DNA of 64,000 nt. Source: Oopsacas minuta (lineage: Eukaryota; Animalia; Porifera). The position numbers and the translations under genes are program-made. Below, in pieces: positions 25,758 to 38,947 of this stretch; the first letter of the stretch is position 1; every line of letters starts with the position of its first letter. Where the stretch lies: the NCBI GenBank assembly GCA_024704765.1, contig JAKMXF010000032.1, forward strand, positions 21,684 to 85,683, read 5' to 3'. The notes beneath the pieces were generated by a model. The model did not search any database, had not been told where the DNA came from, and saw only the letters and a program-made list of their open reading frames with translations.

Positions 25758-25824
25758 TTAACGACAAAAGATCAATCCCAAACAAGATTGAAATTCTTGT
25801 TTGGGACTGATCTTTTGTCGTTAA
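25758..25824. repeat. 67-bp fold-back hairpin (29-bp arms, 1 mismatch)
   Basis: TTAACGACAAAAGATCAATCCCAAACAAG - ATTGAAATT - CTTGTTTGGGACTGATCTTTTGTCGTTAA. Confidence 0.9.
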
Positions 25825-28150
25825 GTTTGGCGGGCCACATGGACCAATTGATAAAGTTCAGATTTCTTTAGAGAAAATTTGTTGGAATATCCAAGTGGAA
25901 ATGCTACAGAAAGGGAACACATATATGAAATATTGGCAGACTACAGTAAATGATCAAAAATACTAACAAATAAGAAACCCGAATACTGAATATACCAGCA
26001 CTAATATGAGTACAGACAATGATTTATTACTTTGACATGGATGACGATTGATGACGCATATGTCTGACTATATGGTCGATGTTTTGTTCCATATCCGTAG
26101 TAGCTATTCTTAATGTATCTTCGGGATGTTTATCAATTATAACAGTTCTGCATTTGCTTCTACTAGCTTTATTTGTGAGAACAGTTGTTGACATATGTAT
26201 GTGCCCTAATAAACAAGCCATTATCTTACAATGCTTGATAAGATTGGGATAATCTGATGATGATAAATACTTTTGATAAAAGTCCATCAGTGTGACATCA
26301 TTGAATTTTGCTTTCAAGTCCTGGTTACATTGCATGTCAACCAATTCTAGCCAGAGATGCTCGGGGAGTTCAATAGGTTCTAAAGAGAAAGGATTTGAAA
26401 ATATAGCGAAGTTTACAATATTGCTACCAAGATCTTTAATCTATTCTCGAATTCTTTGCGCAGGTAATTGATTTCGATTGCGTATACACCTGTATCTAGA
26501 GGGGAATGTTTAGATAAGGTTTCAAAGTGATAAAGATTCCCTTCAATTAATTGTTTTCCAACATCTTGAGCTTTCTTTCAAAAGCGCAAATGAAGTCAAA
26601 CAAATTGTAAACAAGCAAATATTTTCCTTGTAATTTTCAGTTGAGGTTTTCCAAATATTGAGTGACATCGACCAAAATGCCAGCTCACACAACCATAATG
26701 GATCATTGAGATGAAAAACGGGTTTTCCCTTCTCCTCCATAAAATGAAATACTTCTTTGAGTTCATAAAAACGTCGAATCATCGCACCCCTACCTAACCA
26801 TCGTACTTCCGTACAGAAAAATGATCTTCATATTGAGAATCCAATTCGCCCAAAAGTTTTCGAAATTGTCGATGATTGAGTCCTCGAGCACGAATGAAGT
26901 TGATAGTTTTCACTACTATTTCCATTACACTCTGCATTCTTAATGACTTTGAACAGAGACTTTTCTGGTGAAATATACAATGCCACTTTGACTAATTTCA
27001 TAGTACTATTTCCTGAATTGATCCGTTCTTTCTCCAGAGGAACAACAAAGCCCTTTTCCCTCCCAATCATTGATGGTGCACCATTTGTCGTTACCCTACA
27101 TAGTTATTCAACCTAAGTCCGAAAGTATCAATTCCATTCCGCTTTATAAATATCAACTACAGTTATTTTATCGTGAAGGCTGTGTAAGTTCGCTAAATCT
27201 TCTGTAAAATTAAACTTCGAATCGATACCCCTTACAAAAACAGCAGTTGGACAGTACCAGTGGCATCTGTGCTCTCATCAAGGGCAAGAGAATAGCACTC
27301 GAACTCACTCGCATGTTTTTCTAAAGTAAGTTTAAGTCTGTTGATAAATTCTCTATCCTTCGGCTAATTGTCATTCTGGAAAGGCTAATATTTCCAAATT
27401 ACTTCTGTTTGTCTGGGCACATAATTTGCGCCAATGTAATTACACACTCCTCGATAATTCACAATCAGTAAATGGCTAATATTTCAGTGCTATAAGTTTG
27501 CATATGGCAAAACTTGCACGAACAGCTTATTCTGACTGAGAATTAGTATTTGTGAAAATATTTTGCTGTACCGAAAGTTCCTTTATAAATGATTGTACTC
27601 TATCCTTCCGTATCTGCCCTGAGCATGCTTTGTAATCTTGATGATTAGCACTATAGTATCTTTGGATGTTGTACTCTTTCATCACTGCGATGACCTGCTT
27701 GCATATTAAGCAAGTTGGTTTGTTTTTAAAGTTGGTAAAAGTATTTCTCGGTCCAGCTGTCGTTGAAATTTCTACTCTCGATATCAACTTTCCTATTCTT
27801 AGAACAAGGCTCCATTAATATAAATGATATATATATATTCTACAGGCAATTTAGGAGATGAGTAAACGCAGTATCTGAATTTCAATTATAAGCTTAGAAT
27901 TATACTAGTGTATATTTATACACCGCTAAGGATTATTATTACTAAACCCATGCACCTGTCGTGTATTGAAAATGAATAAGAAACCTTCAAAGGTCAAATA
28001 CATTGAAATTCGACACCCAGTAGGAATGTGATCGAAATGTGGTCTAGGAATTGTTCATGAAGAAATAGTATATATCACAAAGTGCAAAAGTCTTAGTACG
28101 TGCTTGCGCGGGCCGGATCTGGCCCGCGGGGTGTATGTTGGGCACCCTTG
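25825..28150 (-). mobile_element. Second Buster/SPIN family hAT (EPM2AIP1/GTF2IRD2-like), decayed
   Basis: Start MEPCSKNRKVD at 27815; KPTCLICKQVIAVMKEYNIQRYY, TTNGAPSMIG, RWLGRG, CEQLFS. Terminus CAAGGGTGCCCAAC with GGCCCGCGG subterminal motifs near 28150; the other TIR is missing. Confidence 0.87.
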
Positions 28151-29050
28151 ATCTATGAAGTAACCAAAATTCTATTTAATTAGGTGCAACCTATATATTA
28201 CTAGTTGGGGGGCAATTCCGAATATGATAAGGAAAGGGGGAGCCCTCTCCTTGTAAAAAGAGGATATCCATAGGTTGAGGCTATCTTTTTTGGAACTAAC
28301 ACGGAATAAAATGTGCAAAATCACACTAACAGCAACTTAAAATCTACAAATAGAGCATTTCCATTACCGAAAAAGGCCGAAGTATCACAATCGTAACAAT
28401 AACCAATACCAACCTTTAACCCAGAATAATCATTAATTTCATGGTCTATTTTCACAATTCGGCCTTTCCTTGGAGTGGGAATTCAGGAATTTTGCCGGAT
28501 GTATTCGGTTAATTACAATATTCATGGTATGGAGTAGGAAACGTCTATTGCTAGAGAGCATGTATTCGGTGCAGTAGTATCATTCTATAATGACCTCGTG
28601 ATAATATCTCGAGAAAGCCCAAATAGAAATAGCTGGGTTGATCAAATATTTTCTAAAATCTATAGATGGCTCATATACTGCACATCCTCATTTACAGGTA
28701 TGCGTTGCTCTTCAATATTTTGCTTCCTGTAACATCCCAAATCATATGTGGAGAGGGAGTTCAAGTAACCAAATTCTCAGCTGGAAGATACATTAGAACT
28801 GTTTCACTCGGATTAGAATCGATATAAGCTCCGTATGAAGCCAGTCTAAGCATTGCAGAAATAGGAACAGTTAAGTTTCAGTTTAATGATTTCGCAAGAA
28901 AGAGATTATAATGTAAACTTAACAGGTGTATTTAGGGTTGATGATGGCACACACGTTCGTATTCGTATTCAGAGACATAGCTAGAATAAAGCAGATGAAG
29001 TGGAAGAGCACGTATGCCATTCAGTAAATGTACAAGCAATCTGACTAGAT

Positions 29051-30395
29051 CAGGGGTCTTCAAACTGTGGCTCAAGAGTAAGTTTTTCGTGGCTTCCGAC
29101 ATGTATCAATCCAACGCCCATATTTTTTAAGAATATATTGCTTTGATTTTTCTGTGTATAAAATTGGATTGTTAAATTTGCAAGAATTGCATTTGTTTAG
29201 TTTCATTTAGGGTCTATTTAGTATAGTGATATATAAATTGAAATATAATCTTAACAATACTACAGTATTATATAATATTGATTAATCTTGTATTTACCAA
29301 GCTAGCGAGATTCTTAATCAAAGATCTTTAAACATTTTACTGAGTTTCAAGATGGCGTCATATCCGTCCTAAAAGCTTAAGATATTTAAAGGAAATAGAC
29401 TCTTCTATATTGATTGGGAGCACGAGTTTTTCTTGGTCGAGGACAGAGAGAAAAATAAATTTCTGATTTACCGTGATACCATTGCTTGCAATAAGAGAAG
29501 AAATCTGGATAGGTATTCTAATACTAAACATAGAGAAGATTTCACTAGTAATGTTAGCGAAGCTCGTCAGATTAAACTTGATCAAATGAAGAAAAGTTTG
29601 ACTACGGAACAGTCAGTCTTCAAGAAAGTGGATACATCAAGAAAGTCGGTAACAGCAGCAAGTTAAGCCATTAGTAATATTTTTGCAAGGCGAATGAAAC
29701 CATTTACAGATGGTGAGTATATCAAAGAGTGCCTAGCTGTGTTCATGGATAATTTGCTGTCCAGACAAGAATGATCTTGCACAACAGCTGAGTCTTAGTG
29801 ATACACCCGTAATGCGACGTGTAGAATCAATTTCGAGTAATATTAATGAACAACTTTTAGAAAGGGCTCGAGACTTCACTTCTTTCAGCATCGCAATAGA
29901 TGAAAGCAAAGACATTTTTGATGTGGAACAATTAGTCATCTGGAGTAGGGGAGTTGATGATAATTTCAAAATAACTGAGGAAATGTCATCACTCAGTCCT
30001 ATGTATGGAAAAGCCCGTGGTATTGATATTTTTGATGAAGTACAGAAAGTCTTATCAAAAGCTTCTTTACCGGTCACGAAACTGTCTCGAGTTACAACCG
30101 ACGAAGCGCCATCCATGCTTGGAATAGGAAGTGGTCTTAAGGGACAGTTGTCGCGGTAGTTAGCTGCTAATGGCCGTGACGGAGTGATATGGTGCCAAAG
30201 TATTATTCACCAGGAAGTCTTATGCGCAAAAACACTTGTATTAAAACCGTTAAGAAACTTATTGTTGATGCTGTGATTTTATCAGAGCTAAGCGAAACAA
30301 CCATAGAGAATTCAAACATGTTTTAAAAGAGCTAGATTCAGAGTACGGTGATGTACTCTATTTCACAGCTGCCGGTGGCTTAGTAGAGGAGCAGT
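29051..30395 (+). mobile_element. hAT Buster/SPIN-type transposon, copy 3; 3'-truncated
   Basis: TIR CAGGGGTCTTCAAACT preceded by GACTAGAT (29043-29050); ORF 29812-30159 contains SIAIDESKD and TTDEAPSM. Confidence 0.9.
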
Positions 30396-30396
30396 T

Positions 30397-30660
30397 TTTC
30401 AAACTTATTGTCAACTGAAAGACAAAGTGGAAGAGTTGAGCAAGCAAGCACCGTGAATAACCTAGTCAAAAATTTGGAAAAGATATGGAGTGGTATTTCA
30501 GGAGATGTTTTGCAAAAAATGGTCTTCAGTATGCCCAGGCGAGTAGCACTCGTATGAGAAAGACAAGGAGACAATATTGGGAAGTAATAATGTACTAATT
30601 GTTGTATTTTGCTTACGTTTGATTCATTATAAAAAACGACAATACTTTGGTTACGCCCTG
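30397..30660 (+). mobile_element. Tc1-like 3' fragment fused to truncated Buster copy 3
   Basis: LEKIWSGISGDVLQKMVFSMPRRVALV*ERQGDNIGK followed by the TIR-like end GGTTACGCCCTG and TA. Confidence 0.75.
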
Positions 30661-30729
30661 TATATTCTTTGTCCAAAATTTCACAAACAATGACGATTAA
30701 TTCGTTCTTCTCAATATCAAGTTTTTCAA

Positions 30730-31320
30730 ACAAAGAATGAGTAATCGAAATTAATAATGCAGCAGGTGACTCACACTCTTCAGGATCTTCGAATTCAACT
30801 CTTCAACAAGGACATTATACTTCACCTCCCCGTAGTTATCACACTACTGATAAAAGTACGTTACAACCTTTTGCTAAGCGACCACGCATTCTCTTATCTG
30901 AATGCAATGATCTAGCAAGCTATATCGGTATTTCGACACAATACCGGATTCTGACAAATATGAGCTACTTGTTAATCGATTCTGTCTAGCTCCTGATTAT
31001 ATATTTCAAAAGAATAACAATGGACGTACATTTCAGTTCCGTTGGTTGCAGATGTATCTATGGCTGGCGTAAAGTAAGCAGGAAACCCTGTATTCCATGT
31101 ATTCTCTTTGCTACATGTGAATACCGTGGTAATCTCCTGGAATACTTGTCCAACGTCCTTTGACAATGTTCCGGAAGGCTTTAGAGTTGTTGAAAAATCA
31201 TATAGAAAGGATTATCATAAGACTTTGATAGTGAGAGCAGATGAGTTCCTTCGGGTGATGACCATTCAGCAACGAAGTATTCGGCATTGAATTGATGATA
31301 AAATGGCTGAGAGAATTTTT
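30730..31320 (+). pseudogene. N-terminal fragment of a P52rIPK-like hAT transposase
   Basis: GRTFQFRWLQMYLWLA*SK..CIPCILF..LVQRPLTMFRKALELLKNH..YHK (TTF-type Zn finger pattern). Confidence 0.72.
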
Positions 31321-32453
31321 GCTATAAAAATCCAATATTTTATAGTAGTCATCTTTAATTTAAGCTCTAATCCTCGTATGACTTTCAACCTACGATAATA
31401 TGAGCATATATTCGTCCTATACCCATTGTAGCTCTATAACGATAAGGTTTCGGTAATCTCTCATAAATATAATGGACCTTCGATGCAATTTGGTCGGACC
31501 AATATTTTCTGGCCCACCTTGTATGCTGTAAATCCTGGGGAATGTGAGCCATTTATATGCGAATGCTCCTGAACCATGACCAAATGTAACAGAAATGAGG
31601 AAATTCGTAATTTGGATATGGTACAGTCTGAAGTAGCTATAAGGGAGCCACTCGCAGAATTTGCATGTTTGAAGATGACAGAGAATTAGATGACTGTTTG
31701 ATGATACTGCTGCTATGGTCAGGCGTTTGCGACAAATATTCTCCACTATCCTCCTGTTCAGTGACAAGGAAGAGCCATTAGCACTTTGGGATCACTTAAG
31801 GCTTCTTCATCGGAAGACTTTCTACAATGGCCTTTTTACACTACTGTTTTACTATTGTGAATACAAGAAAATCGGAATGCCAATTTAGAAAGTAGTTTAA
31901 TATGAAACGTTTCTATAAGTCAGTAGAACCCCGATATTACGACAATCGGATAATACCACCAATTTATAAGACTTATCAGTCCCCTTCGATTACTTTTCAA
32001 TGAAAATCACTTCGGATAATAAGCACTCCAATACGGAGTACATACCTCGACGGTCCCTTGGTGTACATATTGAACAGTGTATATTTAGGACCCTTTTTTA
32101 TCAAAGTCGAAATTTTTTAATATTATGGCCTGGACTGGGATATGGAGTAAGCATGACTTCCAGTCCCACGTTCGAGATATCTCAGTGCCCAACGCGTGGG
32201 TACAAACACTGAATTGGCTATCCTAGGGCACTCTCGGATAATTGTGGTGTTGACTCAAATAACTGGAGGATCTGTGGCTATTCATTCATGATGCTCAGAT
32301 CCTTCTTTAGTATGTGCTCCCATTTATGATGGTCATAAAGAGTTATTTTCCACAACATTGACCATAAGAGGCAAGGAGCACCTTGATACATTTTACATGT
32401 AATTCTACGATCCTACTAATCCGTATGTGTATTGCATTTATTTGTAGTATATA

Positions 32454-33798
32454 CAGGGTGTAACGAAAGTGTTGATACCCTAGATACCTCATTAAAACTT
32501 AGAATATATTTGAGTTATTCGAAATATTATCGGTTTATATATGAACCATTTCGTTCTAATACAATTCTTATACGTTCCGGCATGCTAGCTACTAAATTCT
32601 CTAAAATGCTTGGGCTAATGTCTCTCCATGCTGATTTGACTGTTTCTATTAGCTGTTCACACCTTGTGATTTGGCCCTCTTCATTAACCTTCTCTTTCAC
32701 TATTCCCCAAAGGTTTTCAATAGGGTTTAAGTCAGGGGAGTTCCCAGGCCATTCAATCTTACGCCAGAAAGCATTTAAATGATCTTGACACCACTTCTGC
32801 GTTGCATTGGCCGTGTGTGCCGGTGCACCATTTTGCATGAAGATGAATTCAGACATATTTTCCAACATTGGCCGCTCCAAAACCGATCCATTATTTCGAC
32901 AACGGTGAACTGCCTCCATACAAGTCTTGGCCAAAATTTGATTAATGTAGTATGCACTATTTATTGATTGCCCTTGAGGGATTATATGCAGTTCTGAAAG
33001 TGCCTGATGTGACATCATGCCCCACACATGAATCTTTGCTGGAAACTTAACTGAAAATACCGAAGGAACATCTTGCTTATTCTTTGCCCAAACCCGATTA
33101 TTTTGTTTGTTTGGCGTTGCAAAGAGCTGGAAGGGAGACTCATCTGACCAGAGAACTTTTTTCCAGTCGTTAACTGTCCAATATTGATGCTTCCGAGCAA
33201 AATTCAGACGATCTTGGATGTTCTTTTGGGATAACCGAGGTATTTCTTGCCTTTTGAAAGACCTAACACCCACAGATTCGGTCAAATGACGATACACACA
33301 CATATGAGATACAGGATTGCCTCTATTCTTCAATCTCTGTGCAAGTTTTCTTGTGGATTGCCTGCATTTACCGAGTGACTTGGAAATAACAATTTTATCC
33401 GCCCGTTTCAAAATAGGAGGCCTCCCTGAACGAGGTTTAGTCACTAATGAACTACCTTTTTTATACAAACTAGACCATCGTTTCACCGAAGAGATTGAAA
33501 CATTCAAGTCTTGGGCCACTTTCTTCTGTGTGAGCCCTGCATCTAGCATGCCCATAGCTCGAGAATGAAGCAAGATTCCATGATCACGTACATCCATTAA
33601 TACGAAATAATGTAACGATGCTAAAATTGGAAAAAAATTCAAATATTTGAATAATATAAGTAATTAATGTAATCAGAAATAATCTAAAGTACTATAACTA
33701 TATTTAAGAAAAGTATAGGAAACAAACTCTGTATGGTTCATTAATATTTAAGATTTTCATAGGAAAATAAAAGGTATCAACACTTTCGTTACACCCTG
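32454..33798 (-). mobile_element. Tc1-like DD37E (TRT-type spacing) transposon, full length
   Basis: Perfect 26-bp TIRs CAGGGTGTAACGAAAGTGTTGATACC; TA duplication (32452-32453, 33799-33800). Confidence 0.95.
32527..33597 (-). CDS. DD37E transposase, open frame but second catalytic Asp is Asn
   Basis: WSDE, MQNGAPAH (AAT at 32830-32832) and SPDLNPIE with 37 intervening residues. The start is probably MDVRD at 33597, not the ORF-track start at 33642. Confidence 0.88.
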   Translation of the reverse strand: MDVRDHGILLHSRAMGMLDAGLTQKKVAQDLNVSISSVKRWSSLYKKGSSLVTKPRSGRPPILKRADKIVISKSLGKCRQSTRKLAQRLKNRGNPVSHMCVYRHLTESVGVRSFKRQEIPRLSQKNIQDRLNFARKHQYWTVNDWKKVLWSDESPFQLFATPNKQNNRVWAKNKQDVPSVFSVKFPAKIHVWGMMSHQALSELHIIPQGQSINSAYYINQILAKTCMEAVHRCRNNGSVLERPMLENMSEFIFMQNGAPAHTANATQKWCQDHLNAFWRKIEWPGNSPDLNPIENLWGIVKEKVNEEGQITRCEQLIETVKSAWRDISPSILENLVASMPERIRIVLERNGSYINR

Positions 33799-34475
33799 TA
33801 TATGGATTGGTTTGCGAACTATTGTGCACATTATTCGTGAGATCTGGTGTCTGTTTATACTTAAAGCGCTCAACTGGGCAAATTGAGGTGCGAAAATATG
33901 GCTTTGTCGATGTTTTGGTATTCATTTACAGACCATTTGAGGCTGTTTTCGGTTTTCGTATTATGGACTGGTGCATTACCTTGATGAGTCTCTGATAGGC
34001 TTTGCTGGGTGTTCGCATGGCGAATGAGCACTCCATTTTCTGCAATACTATTTCAGTTGTGCCAAACTGTGTTAGCGCCGTTCCCTATGGCAGAAGCAGA
34101 TAGTACATATGCCTGATAATTTGGTGATATTCATTGCATTATTACTTTTTGCTGGGTTCTCCTTTGTGAAGGAGTTGTTGAATTACTGAAAGAATAGGAT
34201 ATCCGTTGAAGGAAAGTTTCTACCCTTCCCCTCTTAAAATGGATCACCACGTGCGAAGAAGGGTAGAGAGTGCGTCCCAAGTGCACTACTCCTTCAATTA
34301 TAGAACAACATTGAGGCACTGAATTTGCATTACTGAATGATAGTCAATTCTTTTGCGGTTCAGATAAGCTACTTTTTAAAATATTAATTATTTCACGTTT
34401 TTTACTAATCTAGCTATGTCAAATGGAGAAGTGACATCGGAGGTGGGGGCTATTCAATGAAACTTAGGAAATATC

Positions 34476-35568
34476 CAGTGATGTTTTGGGGGGGGGCTCG
34501 GGGGGGCGCCGCCCCCCCACTTATTCGCTAGGGGGGGCGCTCTTTCCTAGGGGGGGCGCTCTTGTCACATAATCTGGAAGAACTTTGGCCTCATTCTAGC
34601 ACCCGACTCCCGAGTTTATCAGTTAATGGACTTAATTTATATATATTTACTGACTTACTATGATATTATTGTCTTTATTAGCACTTTAGCACTACGTTTC
34701 ACTCGCATAAATATCGGATCTATTTTCTTTACCATTACATATTTTATTCTTCCTAAGATTTCTAAATATAATGAAAAATAAGCACAGTTTTATTGGAATG
34801 TCTTGTCAACAGGATGAAGGACAGATTATTTGTTACTACATTTTCCAGGTCGCCAACTGATCAAAATATTTACCATACCCTTATGAGTGAGTTCAATATT
34901 TTGAACAAGGATAGCTGGCCTATTGAACATCAACCTGGATATGGTGAATCTGAAATTAAAAGTCTTTGTCAACGATTCGGCCTTAACGAAGCTTTATATG
35001 TTAATGCTTTTTGTGACTATTATGAAAATTCCAGTACATTCTTGCCACCCACATTAAAACCATTGTTTAATTGTATCCAACTGGTCCCATGTAGTACTGC
35101 AGAATGTGAATGTGGGTTCAGTCATATGAATATCATATTGGAGGATCGGCGTTCTCGGCTGCTTGTGCCACACATATCTGCTCTTCTATTCATTAAACTT
35201 AATGGCCCTCCACTTTCTATATGGGATCCTAGTGATTATGCTAGATGTTGGCTAAGAAATCACCGGAGTGCATCAGATACTCAAATAAGGGGTAGCAATA
35301 GTCAGATAGTTGAAGAAAACCCAGTTTGGAAGTATATTTGAAACCTTACATATTATACATGTTTCAAGTAGTTGTTTTTTATCTGATATAAATATAAACA
35401 CACCATTATATATAATAATAATCAGTGGTATTTAGAAGGGAGCGCGCGGGTGGGAAGTAAGGCGCCCCCACTTCATTATTGGGGGCCGTTTTCACCTATG
35501 TTTTCTAAGAAAATGCTAAATTTGAAAAGAGAGCGCCCCCCACTTCTTTTTTTGGCAAAACACCACTG
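34476..35568 (+). mobile_element. Internally deleted hAT (KIAA1586/ZNF862-like) keeping only the C-terminal dimerisation region
   Basis: TIRs CAGTG(A/G)TGTTTTG; perfect TSD GAAATATC (34468-34475, 35569-35576); GC-rich subterminal repeats; ORF 34793-35341 with STAECECGFSHMN..FIKLNGPPL. Confidence 0.92.
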
Positions 35569-38551
35569 GAAATATCTATTAATGATGAGAAAGATTAAGA
35601 TTAGCGATTTGCATGTTTGTAATAGAGGAAAATTGTTATGATAATTTCATGAATGTATTAGTATTTAGGATTTTGGAACAGTATATTAAGTGAAAGCAGA
35701 GAATTGATTTAATTAGAAGCTAAAAAATTTATTCTCGATTCATTCGAAAAAGCACGAAGTAGTCAGTTTAGAGTCACCGCGAAGCGGTCATATTTGAGGT
35801 TTCGCCGTGAGGCGGTCATAGTGAAGATGTCACCGCGAAATAGTGAAAATGTCTCACGTCGTGATTGACCATGCAAGCAAAGCGCGCTCGTAAAACATAC
35901 TAAGTGCATGTTCAATGATATTTGATCTATGTCATGTATCATTAGAATGCTAAAAGGTTTCTTGAATTTCCAATACTTCCTCCCTCTGGCACTAGATGAA
36001 GCAAGACAATTTCAGGTTAACACAGTTGTTCCACTTTACGCCACCCATGAGCTACACCAGCTTCCGAAACTGCACAATCCGCAAAAAAGACATTTCAGTA
36101 GGTGTTGTAAAAATTACTATTAAAAATAAGAATCAAAAATAGAATATTAGAAAGTAAGATTTCTTTGGATTAACTGAAGAAGCTGTCTCTATTAGCAAAT
36201 GATATGTCGAACTCTGATCAACATGTTAGCTGCATTTGTAGAATGAGTATACTTGGGTCATTCAATAAGTTCGGAAAAACGGATCATATTTTGAGATATA
36301 AAAATATATTATCATAACCACTTTTTGCCCTACATCACGTATATTTTAAAGCGGTTATAGAGCTTACTCATTGCTAGATAGCTCAAAAATACTCTACTAA
36401 TTACACATACTATATATCACTGGAGTGATTAGGGAGTTGTTCTGCAGACCTTTGGATGCTCCTAAAATCAATCGTGACCAGGGCAAGAAAACACATTCCC
36501 AAAATTTTCCTTTGAATATCATGAACAGCTACCGATGATAAGTTTATGTAGTTGTTTAATCATACATTACTACATAGGTATCTTCACAGTATATTTTTGA
36601 AACATGAGTGGCATTATTAAGGTAGTCATAATGATCGTGACACTTTCCCAAGGTCATGTGCAATCGACGCTCTGCCTCCACTAAATAGATCAATTCAGTC
36701 CTTGATTTTTGATTGCAAACTTGCATGAGTAAGTTTATTAGTATAAAATTGTTGAGATCATATATTGAAATATCGTTTAGTAATAATGTGTATTGATCTA
36801 GGCTCTTTATTTCAGTGGATATTATAATAAGTAATTAAATTTGGAAGCCATAAATCACATATGGTAATAAATGCTAATGGTAAAAGCTGCAACCTGAAAA
36901 TTTATCGATAGATTGTTGAAACATTGTTGTAAATATAGAAAATAGAAAATAGTATATGGAGGTCAAATAATAATCTACATTGCAGAGTTACAAAATTTTT
37001 GAATGCTGCAAGTAGATTGAGGTTTATGAAGCAAAAGGTTCAAAGGTACAAATAACAAATCTAGGTATATCAAGCATTTAGACCAGTGGTTTACAATCTT
37101 TTTGGACAACTAGACATTCCCAAGTCATGCAGAAATGTCAATCAAGTAGGAAATATATGGCTATATTTTAGTCAGTAAAACACTTCTTTTTGCTAGGTAG
37201 AAGTCAAAGGGAGTATTGCATATTGGCAATATCGTTTCCTGGAGAATTTCAAAAATATTTCATATTACTCACTTCATACACAAAATTCTCTCTTTCAACC
37301 ATAGATAGTAACAAATTTTACAATTGAGAATACAATTCGCTTTAATACATTGTTGAAATGTATGATTTTGGATAAGAAACGAGTAAATACAAATATTATT
37401 GAATTTCTCCCAGTAAAACGATATTGAAAATATTAGCATTGTTCTCTACGCAGTAATAAAAGTCTTTCGAAGACCAAATCATGAAAACCATATTTTTCAT
37501 ACTAAAGGCCTCTGGGCATGCCGTGGAGACACAGATTTTGTCCAGTTTTTGAATTTCAACCCATGCTTTCACTCACATTCATTAACAGATGTCAACAGTT
37601 TGAGGCCAATAAATCCTGACACTACAAAGAATAATTAGTCCAATTTTTCAGGGGGACTTATAGAAAAAAGCCCTAAAAGAAGCTGTTTTTGGAAAAATCG
37701 GACAAAGTCCGATTTTTCATAAAATATCAAAATTATAATATTAGTATTGAGATTAATATAAAACCAACCTCTCTTGTGGGAAACTTTTCTCACCCTGTAG
37801 GGTGCCGAACGTAGAAGTCGGTCTAAAGTACACAAGATATTATAAAATATTACAATAAGGAAAATAGGTAAATAATGAAAAGTTCATCGTGAAAAAAAAA
37901 ACAATCAATTAAACTGCAAACAATGTACCATCAATTGATGGAAATAGCTAAACACCTCGTACAACAAGCATAGGCGTAAAGCTTTGCCAAAAATATGGAA
38001 AATCACCCCGAGCAAGCTAATTAACACATTCCACAACAAATACTTGTAAAAGAATGACATCTAATTCTAAATTGATGAAATAAGGTTTAACAGATGCCAG
38101 TTGTATGGGTATTGGACATTTTTGAGGGAATAAAAGAGTTGGCTCTGCTTTGTTGTTTTGATCGATTATCAATTGACCTTTTAGCAATTTCTTGTAACTA
38201 GATTGCAATAGAGCAGAGAGTGAATGAATACGAATAGGCTACGATGAATTATGTTTAACCAATTATTAACTATGGCTCACTAGAAAGAACAAATATCACA
38301 AATACTGGTACTATACTTATCTATGCAAAAAAGTTTGTACAAAAAATCTGCCCAGGAGTGTACGGGCTACTTCTACGCCTATGGCAACAAGTGCAAGTAA
38401 TATCGCTCTGAAATACCAAGAGTCTTGTGGCAACACTAAACTAAAATACACTACCAGCTCACAAGTATTTGAACACTCAAATTGCTTACATAAGAAATGG
38501 TAGTAGAATAGAAATACAATTGTCTTAAACGATAAGGGATATTGGAAATCT

Positions 38552-38706
38552 CAGGGTTCATTTAGGGCGGGGCATTTGTCCCACCCTTAGATCTTATGTG
38601 CTCCCTATTGGGATTTGAAAAATACCTTGAACAAAACTGAAGATATTAAGACTCACATTCCCAAAGTCTATTTGCCCCCTTGCCTGAAGGTCTGGATGAA
38701 ACACTG
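38552..38706. mobile_element. Possible hAT-like MITE with a 5-bp flanking duplication
   Basis: CAGGGTTCATTTAG / CTGGATGAAACACTG; AATCT on both sides. Confidence 0.45.
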
Positions 38707-38947
38707 AATCTGATTATCGATTCGATTTCTACCCATTCGAATTAATTATTCTTGAAACTTTCGGCATTAATACACATCTTTAAATATAAACTATCAACAC
38801 TAGCCCCTCGGTCTCGATCGTTTCGCGACATGAACTCACGCACTAAGGCCGCTTTGTGGCTTTGATAGTTCGTGCTCGGCCCTCGTACTCAAAATAATTT
38901 TTGAAATACGAGATTGATTAAGAGAAAATTTTGGAAATTTTACTATA

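Larger units (their letters stand above)
31350..34252 (+). repeat. Duplicated block R, direct copy of 52740-55409
   Basis: Colinear, roughly 90% identical by eye; each copy carries a different Tc1/mariner insertion. Includes a pogo-like terminus CAGTAGAACCCCG at 31921. Confidence 0.9.

Noticed and set aside
35770-35850. Short imperfect repeats (CACCGCGAAGCGGTCAT)
   Set aside because: Only about three degenerate units, with no ends or TSD.
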